Shown here: one piece after another, positions 28,210 to 39,840 of the stretch
How the letters are laid out: the number at the start of each line of letters is the position of its first letter
Numbering within the stretch: position 1 is the first letter of the stretch
Notes under the pieces: generated by a model
What the model saw: the letters and a program-made list of their open reading frames with translations, nothing else
The model's database searches: none
What the model was told of the DNA's origin: nothing
Translations under genes and position numbers: made by a program
Assembly: GCA_947652325.1 (NCBI GenBank)
Contig: CANTCQ010000003.1
Span: 64,890 to 128,889, forward strand
Length of the DNA stretch: 64,000 bases
DNA from: an uncultured Mycoplasmatota bacterium
Lineage (GTDB): Bacteria; Bacillota_I; Bacilli_A; RF39; UBA660
Reading direction: 5' to 3'

Positions 28210-28765
28210 TAAAAAAACAATAAAATTAAAACCTTCTAAATATATATCGAATCTTTTTACAAGAACGCTTATTAGTGTTATTTTAGTTTTATTGTGCGCC
28301 ATTTTTATCAATATAAGTGATGCCAATCTTTTAACATTCAAAAACCATTTTTTTAATGAAACCCTTGCTTTTACCACAATCAATAATCTATATACAAAAT
28401 ATTTTGGAGAAATTGTCCCTGAAACGTTAAATAAAACAATTCCTGTTTTTGAAAGTGGCAAATCTTATTCTTCTATTGAACAGGTAGAAAACGCTTATAA
28501 ATTACAATTAAATTCCAATACTTTTTCTTTTTTAGAAAGTGGTGTCGTTGTCTTTTTAGGTGAAAAAGAAAATTTAGGCAAAACAATAATTGTACAAGGA
28601 ATTGATGGGGTAGATATATGGTATTCCAATATAGAAAATCACAATATAACCCTTTACGATTATGTAGAAAAAAATAATATGATTGGAGAATTTAAAGACA
28701 ATAGTGCTATATTAACATTTATGGAAAACGGAAATTATACAGGTTATGAAAAATATCTTTCCTAA
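28145..28765 (+). CDS. spoIVFA: SpoIVFA-like membrane protein with degenerate LytM/M23 domain
   Basis: One TM segment (LISVILVLLCAIFINI) and a C-terminal GVVVFLGEKENLGKTIIVQGIDGVDIWYSNI...MIGEF. It lies directly upstream of spoIVFB. Possible starts are 28136, 28139 and 28145. Confidence 0.6.
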   Translation: MDNVITEAQNRIKNKRLNFVNNKKTIKLKPSKYISNLFTRTLISVILVLLCAIFINISDANLLTFKNHFFNETLAFTTINNLYTKYFGEIVPETLNKTIPVFESGKSYSSIEQVENAYKLQLNSNTFSFLESGVVVFLGEKENLGKTIIVQGIDGVDIWYSNIENHNITLYDYVEKNNMIGEFKDNSAILTFMENGNYTGYEKYLS

Positions 28766-29525
28766 AATAAAAATAAATAGCGCTACTTACATTCTTTTTT
28801 TAAGTTTTTTACTCACTGGATTTATCAAAAACATTTTACTTATTTTTTTAATTGTTATCATTCATGAGATAGGGCATGTTTTCTTTTTAAAATATTTTCA
28901 TTATAAAATTGAAAAAGTAGAGATATTTCCTTTTGGAGGACTAACTACAACTAATAAATATATAAATTCTCCAATAAACAAAGATATTTTAATTTATTTT
29001 GGAGGTATTTTGTTTCAAATTCTTTTGTATTTTCTTTTTGTATTTATAAATCAAAAAGGATTTATAAATCAAAATACTTTTTCTTTATTCTTACGATACA
29101 ACAAAAGTATTTTCTTCTTTAATCTACTACCGATAAGACCTTTAGATGGAGGAGAAATCATTCATTTATTTTTACAAAAATTTTTTTGTTATCAGAAAAC
29201 ATTATTTATCTCTCATTATATTTCTGTTTTCTTTTTAATAGCATTTGTTTTATATAATATAAAGAGTAATTTAAATAATTATGTAATTGTTGCTTTTCTC
29301 CTTTATAGAACAATTGATTTCTTTAAAAAAAGAGTTTTTTTTCAAAATAAATTCTTATTAGAACGATTTATGTATACATTACCTTATAAAAAAATTGAAC
29401 ACAATGCTAAACAAGATATAAATAACCTAAAAAAAGAAACCCTTCATTTTTTTAAAGACCAAAACAAATACATTCATGAAAAAGAAGTTTTAAAGAGAAA
29501 ATTTGACATTCATTCGTTTCTTTGA
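28746..29525 (+). CDS. spoIVFB: SpoIVFB-type M50 site-2 metalloprotease
   Basis: The HEIGHVF (HExxH) motif lies in a TM segment, with NLLPIRPLDGG downstream. The position before rplU matches B. subtilis. Confidence 0.85.
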   Translation: MKNIFPKIKINSATYILFLSFLLTGFIKNILLIFLIVIIHEIGHVFFLKYFHYKIEKVEIFPFGGLTTTNKYINSPINKDILIYFGGILFQILLYFLFVFINQKGFINQNTFSLFLRYNKSIFFFNLLPIRPLDGGEIIHLFLQKFFCYQKTLFISHYISVFFLIAFVLYNIKSNLNNYVIVAFLLYRTIDFFKKRVFFQNKFLLERFMYTLPYKKIEHNAKQDINNLKKETLHFFKDQNKYIHEKEVLKRKFDIHSFL

Positions 29526-29634
29526 TAGAATTTAGGATGTTTGAAAGGGCTTTCCTTTCTAAACCGCATAGAAAAGGTAAAAACTAGAAATAGTGCCTTA
29601 ATAGCGTGTCTTAAAATAATAAAGGAGGTAGGAA
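29526..29634 (+). promoter_or_regulatory. possible L21 (rplU) operon leader RNA
   Basis: A 109-nt untranslated region with the hairpin gaaagg-gcttt-cctttc, in the position of the Firmicute L21 leader. The family assignment was not verified. Confidence 0.3.
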
Positions 29635-29937
29635 ATGAAAGCTATATTTACAACCGGCGGAAAACAATACTATGTACAAGAAGGCGACACTATCTACGTT
29701 GAAAAGTTAAATAATGAAGCAGGAAGTGAAGTTGTATTTACGAATGTTTTATTTGTAGACGGAAAAGCAGGAACTCCATATGTAAATGGTGCCAAAATAA
29801 CATGTACAGTCGAAAAACATGGAAGACAAAAAAAGATTGTTGTTTTCAAATACAAACCAAAGAAAAAATATCGTAATAAACAAGGCCATAGACAACCTTA
29901 TACAAAATTAGTTGTGAAAAAAATAGAAGCAAAATAA
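29635..29937 (+). CDS. rplU: 50S ribosomal protein L21
   Basis: 100 aa starting [25 protein letters not shown], with a strong SD (aaggaggt). Confidence 0.97.
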   Translation: MKAIFTTGGKQYYVQEGDTIYVEKLNNEAGSEVVFTNVLFVDGKAGTPYVNGAKITCTVEKHGRQKKIVVFKYKPKKKYRNKQGHRQPYTKLVVKKIEAK

Positions 29938-29939
29938 GT

Positions 29940-30251
29940 ATGATAAAAGTAAATATCTCAAAAAATAAGCAAGAAATAGAACAAATTAAGATATCAGGGC
30001 ATGCAGGATATGCAGACTATGGTCATGATATTGTTTGTAGTGCTGTATCAAGTATCATTACAACCAGTGTAAACGGTATTTTGTCTTTTAAAAAAACAAT
30101 TCAAGTAATAGATGATTTAAAAATACTTACAATAACGGTTTTAGAACATGATAAAATTACCGATACGTTGCTTAAAAATATGCTAAATTTATTAAAAGAG
30201 ATAGAAAAGCAATACAAAAAGAATATAACAATAAGAACGGAAGGTGAATAA
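29940..30251 (+). CDS. prp: ribosomal-processing cysteine protease Prp (YsxB)
   Basis: Contains GHAGYADYGHDIVCSAVS and lies between rplU and rpmA. Confidence 0.9.
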   Translation: MIKVNISKNKQEIEQIKISGHAGYADYGHDIVCSAVSSIITTSVNGILSFKKTIQVIDDLKILTITVLEHDKITDTLLKNMLNLLKEIEKQYKKNITIRTEGE

Positions 30252-30254
30252 CGA

Positions 30255-30539
30255 ATGCTTAAATTAATGTTAAATCTTCAACGTTTTGCCCATAAAAAGG
30301 GACAATCATCTACAGATAACGGAAGAGACTCTCGTGGTCGTAGATTAGGTGCAAAGGCAAGTGATGGAGAATTTGTTACGGCAGGTTCTATCCTTTATCG
30401 CCAAAGAGGAACAAAAATTTATCCTGGTACAAACGTTGGAATAGGAAAAGACCACACTTTATTTGCAAAAATAGATGGTGTTGTAAAATTTGAAAGATTA
30501 GGAAGAGACAAAAAGAAAGCAAGCGTTTACGAAAAGTAA
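30255..30539 (+). CDS. rpmA: 50S ribosomal protein L27 with cleavable N-terminal extension
   Basis: The sequence [11 protein letters not shown]|AHKKGQSS carries an N-terminal extension ahead of the AHKKG core, consistent with Prp processing. Confidence 0.97.
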   Translation: MLKLMLNLQRFAHKKGQSSTDNGRDSRGRRLGAKASDGEFVTAGSILYRQRGTKIYPGTNVGIGKDHTLFAKIDGVVKFERLGRDKKKASVYEK

Positions 30540-30601
30540 TCGCTTTTTTTAAGAAATAAAATATGGTATAGTAAAATAAAAAAAGACAAGGAGGATGAAA
30601 A

Positions 30602-31729
30602 ATGCAATCCCAAAGAAAAGAAGAATTAAAACAAAAAATACTTTTTTCAACAGAAGCAAGTCTTATAAGTAAATATACAAACCAGAATATAGACACTGAT
30701 GAGGAAACAAGAAATTGTACAAATGTATTTTATTTTGATTCTGTTATTCAAAAAATAAATGCTGCTGAAATTGCTTTAATAAATGGAGAAACTAAATTTT
30801 TTACTTGTCTAGATTGGATAAACTTTAAAGAATACATAAATATTTTAAAAAATAAATACAATGAAGCATTAACACCACTTTCCGAAGCACAAGAAAAAGA
30901 AAATTATTTTCGAATTCTGCATCATTATAAATTTTTAACGTTATGTAGAAAAGTGATACACAAAGCAGAGCAAAAATATGGCGCAAACATAAAACTGTCT
31001 GAAATAATTCCAATTGGTAAAAATTTGCAAATATGTGTAAAATATAATTACATTATAGATAAATTAGCGGAGATAAAAAGTAAAAAAGATGTTACCATGC
31101 AAGAACAAAAATGGTATGAAAAATTGCAAAAAAGTAAAGAAGAAGTCGATAAAGAAGTATGGCAAGCATATGCATACTTATTTGGAAAGAAGAAATATAG
31201 TGAATGGTTGTCTTATTTAGAAAAAATGCTTAATAATATAAAAAAACTAGAAGAAATTATGGTTTTTGAAAAAATAATTTTTGCAACTTTCAATGAATGG
31301 AACATTTGGAAAGAAAATATCTACGTTTTAAAAGAAAAATATAACGAAACTCTAAATATGCTAGAAAATAACCAAATAAAAATAAAGATAGGCACACAAG
31401 AACAGGAATTTCTATATAGTTTAATAGAAAATATTGCTGTAATTGAAAATCGTTATCATGGTGGAATACCAGATGAAGAGATTGCAGAAATTATGAAATA
31501 TTTACAAATTATTTGTAAATATAATTATTATGTAAAAAAAGGATATATTAAAAATGAAAAAAGAGATGAAAATAATAGCACAATTATAATCAATATACAA
31601 AAAATTAAAGATGAAAAAGAAATAGATTACAAACAAGTGTTACAAGAAGCAAAAGAACTAATTTCAAATTATGAAAAAGCAATAGATTTTTTGTTTGGAA
31701 AGGAAAAAGAAGAAAAAAAAGCAATATAA
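30602..31729 (+). CDS. hypothetical protein with internal tandem duplication, occupying the spo0B slot
   Basis: 375 aa with two ~150-aa repeats that share FxTxxxWxxxKExIxxLKxKYNExL, LQIxxKYNY and LFGKxK. Confidence 0.55.
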   Translation: MQSQRKEELKQKILFSTEASLISKYTNQNIDTDEETRNCTNVFYFDSVIQKINAAEIALINGETKFFTCLDWINFKEYINILKNKYNEALTPLSEAQEKENYFRILHHYKFLTLCRKVIHKAEQKYGANIKLSEIIPIGKNLQICVKYNYIIDKLAEIKSKKDVTMQEQKWYEKLQKSKEEVDKEVWQAYAYLFGKKKYSEWLSYLEKMLNNIKKLEEIMVFEKIIFATFNEWNIWKENIYVLKEKYNETLNMLENNQIKIKIGTQEQEFLYSLIENIAVIENRYHGGIPDEEIAEIMKYLQIICKYNYYVKKGYIKNEKRDENNSTIIINIQKIKDEKEIDYKQVLQEAKELISNYEKAIDFLFGKEKEEKKAI

Positions 31730-31864
31730 AAATAAGATTAAATGAAGTTTTTATGATAGGGAAGCAAAAAAGTAACAGTATGATATAATAAATAGGTTAT
31801 GATAAATACAACTTTTAATATAAAAAAATTTATTATCTTAGCAGTTTCATGAGGAGAATAGAAA

Positions 31865-32695
31865 ATGAGCAACTATCAATATTGTATATTAAAACTTATA
31901 ATAGATTATATCCGCCAGAATAAAGCAATAGATTTGAAGTTCATTGATAAAATAATTGAAATTGTAGTAAATGAAAAAGGCCTACATGATTATGTGAAAA
32001 AATTTCAACCCTATCAAGATGATTTTGTAATAAGTTATAATGTAATAACTAAAATAATAAGTGGAAATATAGAAAATATTATAAAAGACATCCCGCAAGA
32101 ATTTTTTTATTTAAATTATGATGATAGAATGTTAAATAATTTCTCTCATGTGGCGTGGTGTACGATACATGAACTTTACCATGCAAGAGATTATAAAAAA
32201 TGCATTATTAATCAAAAAGATATAGAAACTAAAATATTACGCGAATCTTATTATAAACCGTTAATAAAAAATTATATATTTTTAAGGGATAGGCCAAGAT
32301 TTCCTTTTGTAAGAAAAAGAATATGCAAGATACAAGAAAATCGATATCAATTATATAAAAGTTTATGGCATTTTGCTCCATTCGAAAGAATTGCGAACAT
32401 AGATGCGATTCAGGATATAGTTTCAATTGCTGAAGAATTGCGTTCCTATATTTTATGGAATTATATGACTTGTAGGCAACAAAATTTTTATTTAAATGCT
32501 TATAATTTATTAAAAGCAAATAATATAACTTGTAGTCCAACAAAGTTTTATTTAGAAAAGTATGATAAGAAACGGCAAGGAGAGTTTATAGAAAAAATGG
32601 GTAAAAATTTACCTTTTATAGACCGTTTGCGTTTAGGATTAGAAATAAAAGAGACTGCATCAGAAACTTTACTTCTTAATTTAATTAAAAAGTAG
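31865..32695 (+). CDS. hypothetical protein with HExxH motif (possible zincin-like)
   Basis: 276 aa containing WCTIHELYHARDY. No other motif recognised. Confidence 0.45.
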   Translation: MSNYQYCILKLIIDYIRQNKAIDLKFIDKIIEIVVNEKGLHDYVKKFQPYQDDFVISYNVITKIISGNIENIIKDIPQEFFYLNYDDRMLNNFSHVAWCTIHELYHARDYKKCIINQKDIETKILRESYYKPLIKNYIFLRDRPRFPFVRKRICKIQENRYQLYKSLWHFAPFERIANIDAIQDIVSIAEELRSYILWNYMTCRQQNFYLNAYNLLKANNITCSPTKFYLEKYDKKRQGEFIEKMGKNLPFIDRLRLGLEIKETASETLLLNLIKK

Positions 32696-32816
32696 ACAAA
32701 AAAGAAAAAAATTTATATAATAAGTGCTAATTGTTTTAAAAAATAATCAAAAAGAATTAACAAAAGAAAGAAAAAATTTCTGAATTTATAAAACAAACTT
32801 AAATAAAATGAATAGC

Positions 32817-32844
32817 AATTCTATATTCTAATCAATATAGAATT
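32817..32844 (+). terminator. stem-loop (perfect 10-bp arms), probable terminator upstream of the obg promoter
   Basis: aattctatat-tctaatca-atatagaatt. The T-rich stretch starts 8 nt downstream, so the terminator call is tentative. Confidence 0.45.
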
Positions 32845-32872
32845 AGAAGATATTTTCTTTTTTATATAATAA

Positions 32873-34486
<1,614 letters not shown>

Positions 34487-34886
34487 CTAATAAATCATAT
34501 CATATAAAAAATAAAAAAATGAGCGAAAAAGCCAAAATATGCTACCTTATTTGACAATAAATATGTAATACTAAAAAAACTTTGAGTCTGGTTTGTTAAA
34601 TAAATCAAATATTATGGTATTGAAATAGTCGAAAAATCAAAACTGAGAAAAAAGGCTAGAAATTATTGAAAAAAAGAATATTTAATTTATCGGAAATAAC
34701 CAAATTGTTATTTAAAAAAAATGAAATATGTATTACAACCTAAAATAATTATAATAAACAAAAGCATTTTCTAGTAATAACAGTATTCTAAAAATTAGAA
34801 ATGAAACAGAAAATTTTTTGTACAAGAATTTAAAATAACAAGTACTTATTGGAGTGCTTTTTTTCATGCAAAATGATTTCCTATAT

Positions 34887-34915
34887 TTGACTTTACTATG
34901 AAATTAGTTTATATT
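34887..34915 (+). promoter_or_regulatory. sigmaA-type promoter of the tad operon
   Basis: TTGACT-N17-TATATT, 22 nt upstream of the flp ATG. Confidence 0.65.
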
Positions 34916-34937
34916 TATTATGATAGTAGGTGGAGAT

Positions 34938-35147
34938 ATGAAAAGTTTGAATACGAAAGGGCAAGCTTTAGTAGAATATGTACTCATTGTGACTATAATT
35001 AGTGTCATTACTATTGCAATTGTAAACTATTTTGGCGGTTATGTGAAAGATTCTATCACAAAAACTTCTTGTTCTTTAGTAGACCAAGAGTATGTTCCAG
35101 GCAGTAAACCAGGAGAAGGGGAATGTAAAGAAAAAAAGAATGAATAA
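34938..35147 (+). CDS. flp: Flp-family type IVb pilin
   Basis: 69 aa. MKSLNTKG|QALVEYVLIVTIISVITIAIV fits the Flp G/xxxxEY processing motif followed by a hydrophobic helix. The start is set at the Met after the SD aggtggag. Confidence 0.8.
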   Translation: MKSLNTKGQALVEYVLIVTIISVITIAIVNYFGGYVKDSITKTSCSLVDQEYVPGSKPGEGECKEKKNE

Positions 35148-35160
35148 ATGAGGTGATAAT

Positions 35161-35511
35161 ATGCAATTATCCAAGAAAGGGCAAGCTTTGGTTGAATTTG
35201 TAATAATATTACCTATATTTGTTTTTATGATATTTGGAGTCATAGATTTAGGGAAAATACTTTATATGAAAAATAATTTAGAAAGCCAAATGGATGACAT
35301 TATTACTGCTTACAAAGAGGGAGAAACAAAAAACGAAATAATCGAAAAATTAAAATTAAAAAAAGAAAACATTATCCTTTCTATTACAGAAGAACAAAAA
35401 TATTTAAACTTCCAAATAGAAAAAGAAACAGACCTTATTACTCCTGGTTTAAATAGCTTATTAGGAAATCCTTATAAAGTATCGGCGAATCGAGTGATTT
35501 ACGATGAATAA
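35161..35511 (+). CDS. tadE: TadE-like pseudopilin
   Basis: MQLSKKGQALVEFVIILPIFVFMIFGVIDLG matches the TadE N-terminal domain pattern. Confidence 0.75.
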   Translation: MQLSKKGQALVEFVIILPIFVFMIFGVIDLGKILYMKNNLESQMDDIITAYKEGETKNEIIEKLKLKKENIILSITEEQKYLNFQIEKETDLITPGLNSLLGNPYKVSANRVIYDE

Positions 35512-35884
35512 AAAAGGGCAAACTTTAATTGCATTTGTCATTCTTTTACCAGTGTTACTTCTTCTTTTAGCATTTGTAGTCGATACTGGTTTATTGTTAC
35601 AAGAAAATACGAAACTCACAAATACTACAAAGACAATTTTAAAAACAATGTATGATAAAAAAGGAGAAGTCCATTTTGAGAAAGATATAAAAAATCTTTA
35701 TCAAAAAAACAATATACCTACAGAAAATATAAAACTAACAGTACATGCGCAAGAAGTAATAGTAGAAAACCAATATAGTATAGAAAGTATTTTTGGCAAA
35801 ATAATAGGGATAAAGAATTATCCTTTAAAAATAAAAATGCGAGCATTTAAAAATACAGACAAAATAATTATCAGTAAAGAATAG
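35504..35884 (+). CDS. TadE/TadG-like pseudopilin
   Basis: MNKKGQTLIAFVILLPVLLLLLAFVVDTG. Its start overlaps the stop of the previous gene. Confidence 0.7.
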   Translation: MNKKGQTLIAFVILLPVLLLLLAFVVDTGLLLQENTKLTNTTKTILKTMYDKKGEVHFEKDIKNLYQKNNIPTENIKLTVHAQEVIVENQYSIESIFGKIIGIKNYPLKIKMRAFKNTDKIIISKE

Positions 35885-35895
35885 AGGGAACTTTT

Positions 35896-36696
35896 ATGTC
35901 AAAAACAAAAGGAAAATCAATATGTATTTTTTCAGCAAAAGGAGGAGTAGGAAAAACAATAACCACCATCAATATGGCGGGAATATTTGAACATTTAGAA
36001 AAAAAAGTGTTAATCGTTGATTTAGATTTATCAAGTGGAGGAATTAGTGTTGCTTTAAATCGTCCATTTGAAAAAACAATCTATAATTTTGTAGATGACT
36101 ACAATAACAATCGATATAAAGACTTTAAAAGCTATATTACAAAATACGATGAATATATTGATATATTGCCAAGCCCAAAAGACCCAAGGCAAGCCAATAA
36201 GATTGATTCCAAATACATCGATATATTAATTGATAAAGCAGAATCAAACTATGATATTGTTTTGCTTGATACAAATCATATTTTAAATGAAATAAACATT
36301 GTAACATTAGATAAAGTAGACAACATTTTATTTGTGATGACAAACGACCCATTAGACATAAAAAATATGAAATCTTTGCTTAGTATTTTTCATGATTCCA
36401 ATATTACAAATTTTAAAATTCTTTTAAACAATAGCACCAATCCATTTAAAGATTATTTTTCTATATTTGATATTAGAAATATTATTAAAGCCAATATTGA
36501 TTATACTATTACTTCTAGTTTTTATTTAAAAAATATGGATTCTTATGTAATGGATGGACAAATCATTACATTATTAAAAAATATGCCTTCTACCTTTAAT
36601 AAAGATTATGAAACCTTTATGATGATTGCCTTAGATACAATAGGACACACTGAAAAAGAAAGAAATAAACTAGAAGAAGGGGAAACAAATGAATAA
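35896..36696 (+). CDS. tadZ: TadZ/CpaE-like ParA/MinD-family ATPase
   Basis: Deviant Walker A SAKGGVGKT and the VLLDTN motif. It sits before the secretion ATPase. Confidence 0.75.
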   Translation: MSKTKGKSICIFSAKGGVGKTITTINMAGIFEHLEKKVLIVDLDLSSGGISVALNRPFEKTIYNFVDDYNNNRYKDFKSYITKYDEYIDILPSPKDPRQANKIDSKYIDILIDKAESNYDIVLLDTNHILNEINIVTLDKVDNILFVMTNDPLDIKNMKSLLSIFHDSNITNFKILLNNSTNPFKDYFSIFDIRNIIKANIDYTITSSFYLKNMDSYVMDGQIITLLKNMPSTFNKDYETFMMIALDTIGHTEKERNKLEEGETNE

Positions 36697-38029
36697 AACA
36701 AGTTTAATAGATGCCTTTAATATTGAAAGAAAAACCACGAAAATAGAGGCAGTTACAGATTATGAAATTTTCTCTGATAAAAAATTATTAGATGAATTAA
36801 GAACACAAATTATCGAAAATATTATCGACAAAGAAATTCCAGAAGATAAAATATTAAATGAATTTATAAATGATGAAATAGATGCTACTATTGAAGGATA
36901 CGATTTAACAAACTTAGAAAGAAGCCATTTATTCAATTTAATAGACAATGAAATAAATGGCTATGGACCAATAACAGAACTTTTAAAAGATAAAAATATT
37001 ACGGAAATTATGGTAAATAGTCCTAATGAAATTTATATTGAAATTGATGGACAATTGATTAAAGATGAAAGTATTTCCTTTATTAACGAAGAACACATTG
37101 TAAGAACCATACAAAGACTTATTGAACCACTGGGAAGAACAATAGATGCTGCAAATCCTATGGTGGATTCTAGACTGCAAGATGGCTCTCGTATTAATGC
37201 TGTAATTCCGCCTCTTTCAACAAGAGGCCCAATCATTACAATTCGTAAATTTAAAGAAACAATGAAAAATATCGAAGATTTAATTCGCATAGGTTCTTTA
37301 ACTCCATATATGGCAAGATTTTTAGATGCATCAGTCCGCGGAAAATTAAACATTATTGTTTGTGGAGGAACAGGGAGTGGAAAAACATCTCTTTTAAATG
37401 TATTAAGTGGCTTTATTAGTAGTCAAGAAAGAATTATAACCATTGAGGATGCTGCAGAACTTCATTTGCACCAAGAACATGTAATTTCTTTGGAAACAAG
37501 AGTAACGAATTATGATAGTACAGGAGAAGTGACCATCCGAGATTTAGTCAAAAATTCGCTTCGTATGCGACCAGATAGAATCATTGTAGGAGAAGTGAGA
37601 GGAAAAGAAGCATTTGATATGTTGCAAGCCATGAACACTGGTCATGATGGGTCACTCACAACTTTACATGCAAATGGACCTTTAGATGCCCTAAATCGTT
37701 TAGAAACGATGGTATTAATGAGTGGCTTAGATATTCCAATAAAAGCAATTCGGGAATACATAATAAACGCGATTGATTTAATAGTGAATATTGAAAGAAT
37801 GAGTGATGGAAAACGAAAAATTACATCCATCTCTGAAATTGAAGGTTTTCAAGAGGACCGTATAAAACTAAGAGAAATATTTAAGTTTACTCCTAAAGGT
37901 TTAACAGACAATGGTGAAGTGGATGGAGAATTTATGTTATACAAAACAACTCCTCGAGTATACAAGAAAATAGTGGCCCGAGGAATAAATGATTTAGAAG
38001 ATATGTTTGGAAAAACAAATAAAAATTAA
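36689..38029 (+). CDS. tadA: TadA/CpaF type II/IV secretion ATPase
   Basis: Walker [10 protein letters not shown], Asp box ITIEDAAEL, Walker [13 protein letters not shown] and His box [13 protein letters not shown]. Confidence 0.93.
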   Translation: MNKTSLIDAFNIERKTTKIEAVTDYEIFSDKKLLDELRTQIIENIIDKEIPEDKILNEFINDEIDATIEGYDLTNLERSHLFNLIDNEINGYGPITELLKDKNITEIMVNSPNEIYIEIDGQLIKDESISFINEEHIVRTIQRLIEPLGRTIDAANPMVDSRLQDGSRINAVIPPLSTRGPIITIRKFKETMKNIEDLIRIGSLTPYMARFLDASVRGKLNIIVCGGTGSGKTSLLNVLSGFISSQERIITIEDAAELHLHQEHVISLETRVTNYDSTGEVTIRDLVKNSLRMRPDRIIVGEVRGKEAFDMLQAMNTGHDGSLTTLHANGPLDALNRLETMVLMSGLDIPIKAIREYIINAIDLIVNIERMSDGKRKITSISEIEGFQEDRIKLREIFKFTPKGLTDNGEVDGEFMLYKTTPRVYKKIVARGINDLEDMFGKTNKN

Positions 38030-38048
38030 AAGAAAGGAGTAATCTAAT

Positions 38049-39053
38049 ATGAAAAGTGCACTTTTAAGTACTTTCTTAATTCCTATTATTTTAATTTGCC
38101 TTGTCTTAGGAATTATATATTCTATTCTAAAACAAATGCATTTTACGAAACTAGAAAAAAGATTTGAAGCATTTAGTTTACAATCCGATAAAGAACAAAT
38201 AATTTCTATTTTTGATGAGATGTCAATTTTGTTTTGGAAAACCATCCATAAACTTTCTTTTCTATTTGAAAAATCACAAGTTTTAACAAAATATGCAAAA
38301 AAATATGAACGATTTATTCCCTTTGAAGAAAAAGAAAGAAAAGAAAGCATAGATTATATAGCTATTAAGGTAATTATAGGAATTGTTTTCGTTCTATTAA
38401 ATATAGCAAGTATATTTATACATAAAAAGACAAATTTCATAACCTTATTCTGTTCCTTTTTAGTTGGTTTCTTTCTTCCAGATATTACGTTAATGACAAA
38501 ATTTAAAAGCAAAAGAAAACAAATTGAAGAAGAATTACTAAAAGCTATTATTATTATGAACAACAGTTTTAAATCGGGTCGCAACATTATGCAAGCAATT
38601 CAAATAGTAAAAACTGAACTAGAAGGTCCTATTGCAGATGAATTTAAAAAAATTTATTTAGACATCACTTATGGATTAAGTTTAGAAGTAGTATTCAATC
38701 GTTTTTATGAAAGAGTAAAATTAGAAGATGCCAAATACATCGCTTCTTCTCTTACTTTATTAAGTAAGACTGGAGGAAATATAGTGAGCGTTTTTGAAAG
38801 CATCGAAAAATCTTTTTTTGATAAGAAAAAACTTCAAAATGAAATGAAAAGTTTAACGGCAGCAAGTGTTTTTGTCTTTCGGGTCCTAGTTGCTTTACCT
38901 CTCTTTTTTTCTTTCATCATATTTATTTTAAATCCCACTTATTTTAATCCACTATTCTCATCAGGATTCGGAATATTACTTTTACTAGCCATTGTATTTT
39001 TATATATAAACTACATTTTGATAATTAGAAAAGCAATGAAGGTGAAAATGTAA
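38049..39053 (+). CDS. tadB: TadB (type II secretion system F-domain) inner-membrane platform protein
   Basis: 334 aa with N- and C-terminal TM segments flanking a T2SSF-like cytoplasmic domain (MNNSFKSGRNIMQAIQ). Confidence 0.8.
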   Translation: MKSALLSTFLIPIILICLVLGIIYSILKQMHFTKLEKRFEAFSLQSDKEQIISIFDEMSILFWKTIHKLSFLFEKSQVLTKYAKKYERFIPFEEKERKESIDYIAIKVIIGIVFVLLNIASIFIHKKTNFITLFCSFLVGFFLPDITLMTKFKSKRKQIEEELLKAIIIMNNSFKSGRNIMQAIQIVKTELEGPIADEFKKIYLDITYGLSLEVVFNRFYERVKLEDAKYIASSLTLLSKTGGNIVSVFESIEKSFFDKKKLQNEMKSLTAASVFVFRVLVALPLFFSFIIFILNPTYFNPLFSSGFGILLLLAIVFLYINYILIIRKAMKVKM

Positions 39054-39757
39054 TGAAAAAAAATAAGCATTTAATGTATAGAATATATAGAAAAAAAAAT
39101 ATAATACGCATTCAAAACAAAATGAGGCTTTTAGGAACGAATTTAAAATATGATGAAGCTACATTTTTAAATACTCGAATGATTTTGACGATTATTTTAT
39201 TTCTTTTACTATTATTATTTTCTAACCATGGTTATATTTTAGCACCTATATTTGCCATTGTCTTTTATTTAATTTGTGAATATATTGTTTTAGATATTCC
39301 TATAAAAAAAAGAGGCATAGCATTAGAAGAGGAGGCAATATTCTTTTTTGAAGTATTACTATTAACCTTAGACTCTAGCAAAAATTTAAAAAGTGCATTG
39401 GAACTAACCACACAGAATATAAAGAGTGAACTATCAAGCGAATTTCAAAAAATGTTAGAGGAAATAAAACTTGGGAAAAGTTTTACAGAAAGTTTAGAAG
39501 CCATGAAAGCACGAATACCGAGTGACACAATTAAGAATATTATTTTAAATTTAACCGAATCAAGTATATTTGGAAATAGTATTACAGAATCATTAAACAA
39601 TCAACTTGATTATTTGCGGGACAAAAAAATGTTCGAAATAAAAGCTGAGATATCAAAACTTCCTACTAAAATAAGCATATTATCTGTTATCTTTTTCATT
39701 CCCATTATGTTGTTGATTATTCTTGCCCCCGTTTTAGTAGAATTTTTAATTGGATAG
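39053..39757 (+). CDS. tadC: TadC platform protein
   Basis: 234 aa. It is a T2SSF-like paralogue, and its start overlaps the tadB stop (ATGTAATG). Confidence 0.75.
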   Translation: MKKNKHLMYRIYRKKNIIRIQNKMRLLGTNLKYDEATFLNTRMILTIILFLLLLLFSNHGYILAPIFAIVFYLICEYIVLDIPIKKRGIALEEEAIFFFEVLLLTLDSSKNLKSALELTTQNIKSELSSEFQKMLEEIKLGKSFTESLEAMKARIPSDTIKNIILNLTESSIFGNSITESLNNQLDYLRDKKMFEIKAEISKLPTKISILSVIFFIPIMLLIILAPVLVEFLIG

Positions 39758-39782
39758 CATCTAAAAAGATGTTATTTTTTTG
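39756..39782 (+). terminator. rho-independent terminator after tadC
   Basis: agcatct-aaaa-agatgtt stem (one G-U pair) followed by a T run. Confidence 0.7.
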
Positions 39783-39840
39783 TAATTTTATAAAAAATTA
39801 TGATAGAATAAAAGGAAAAGTTTTATAGAGGTGAAATGCG

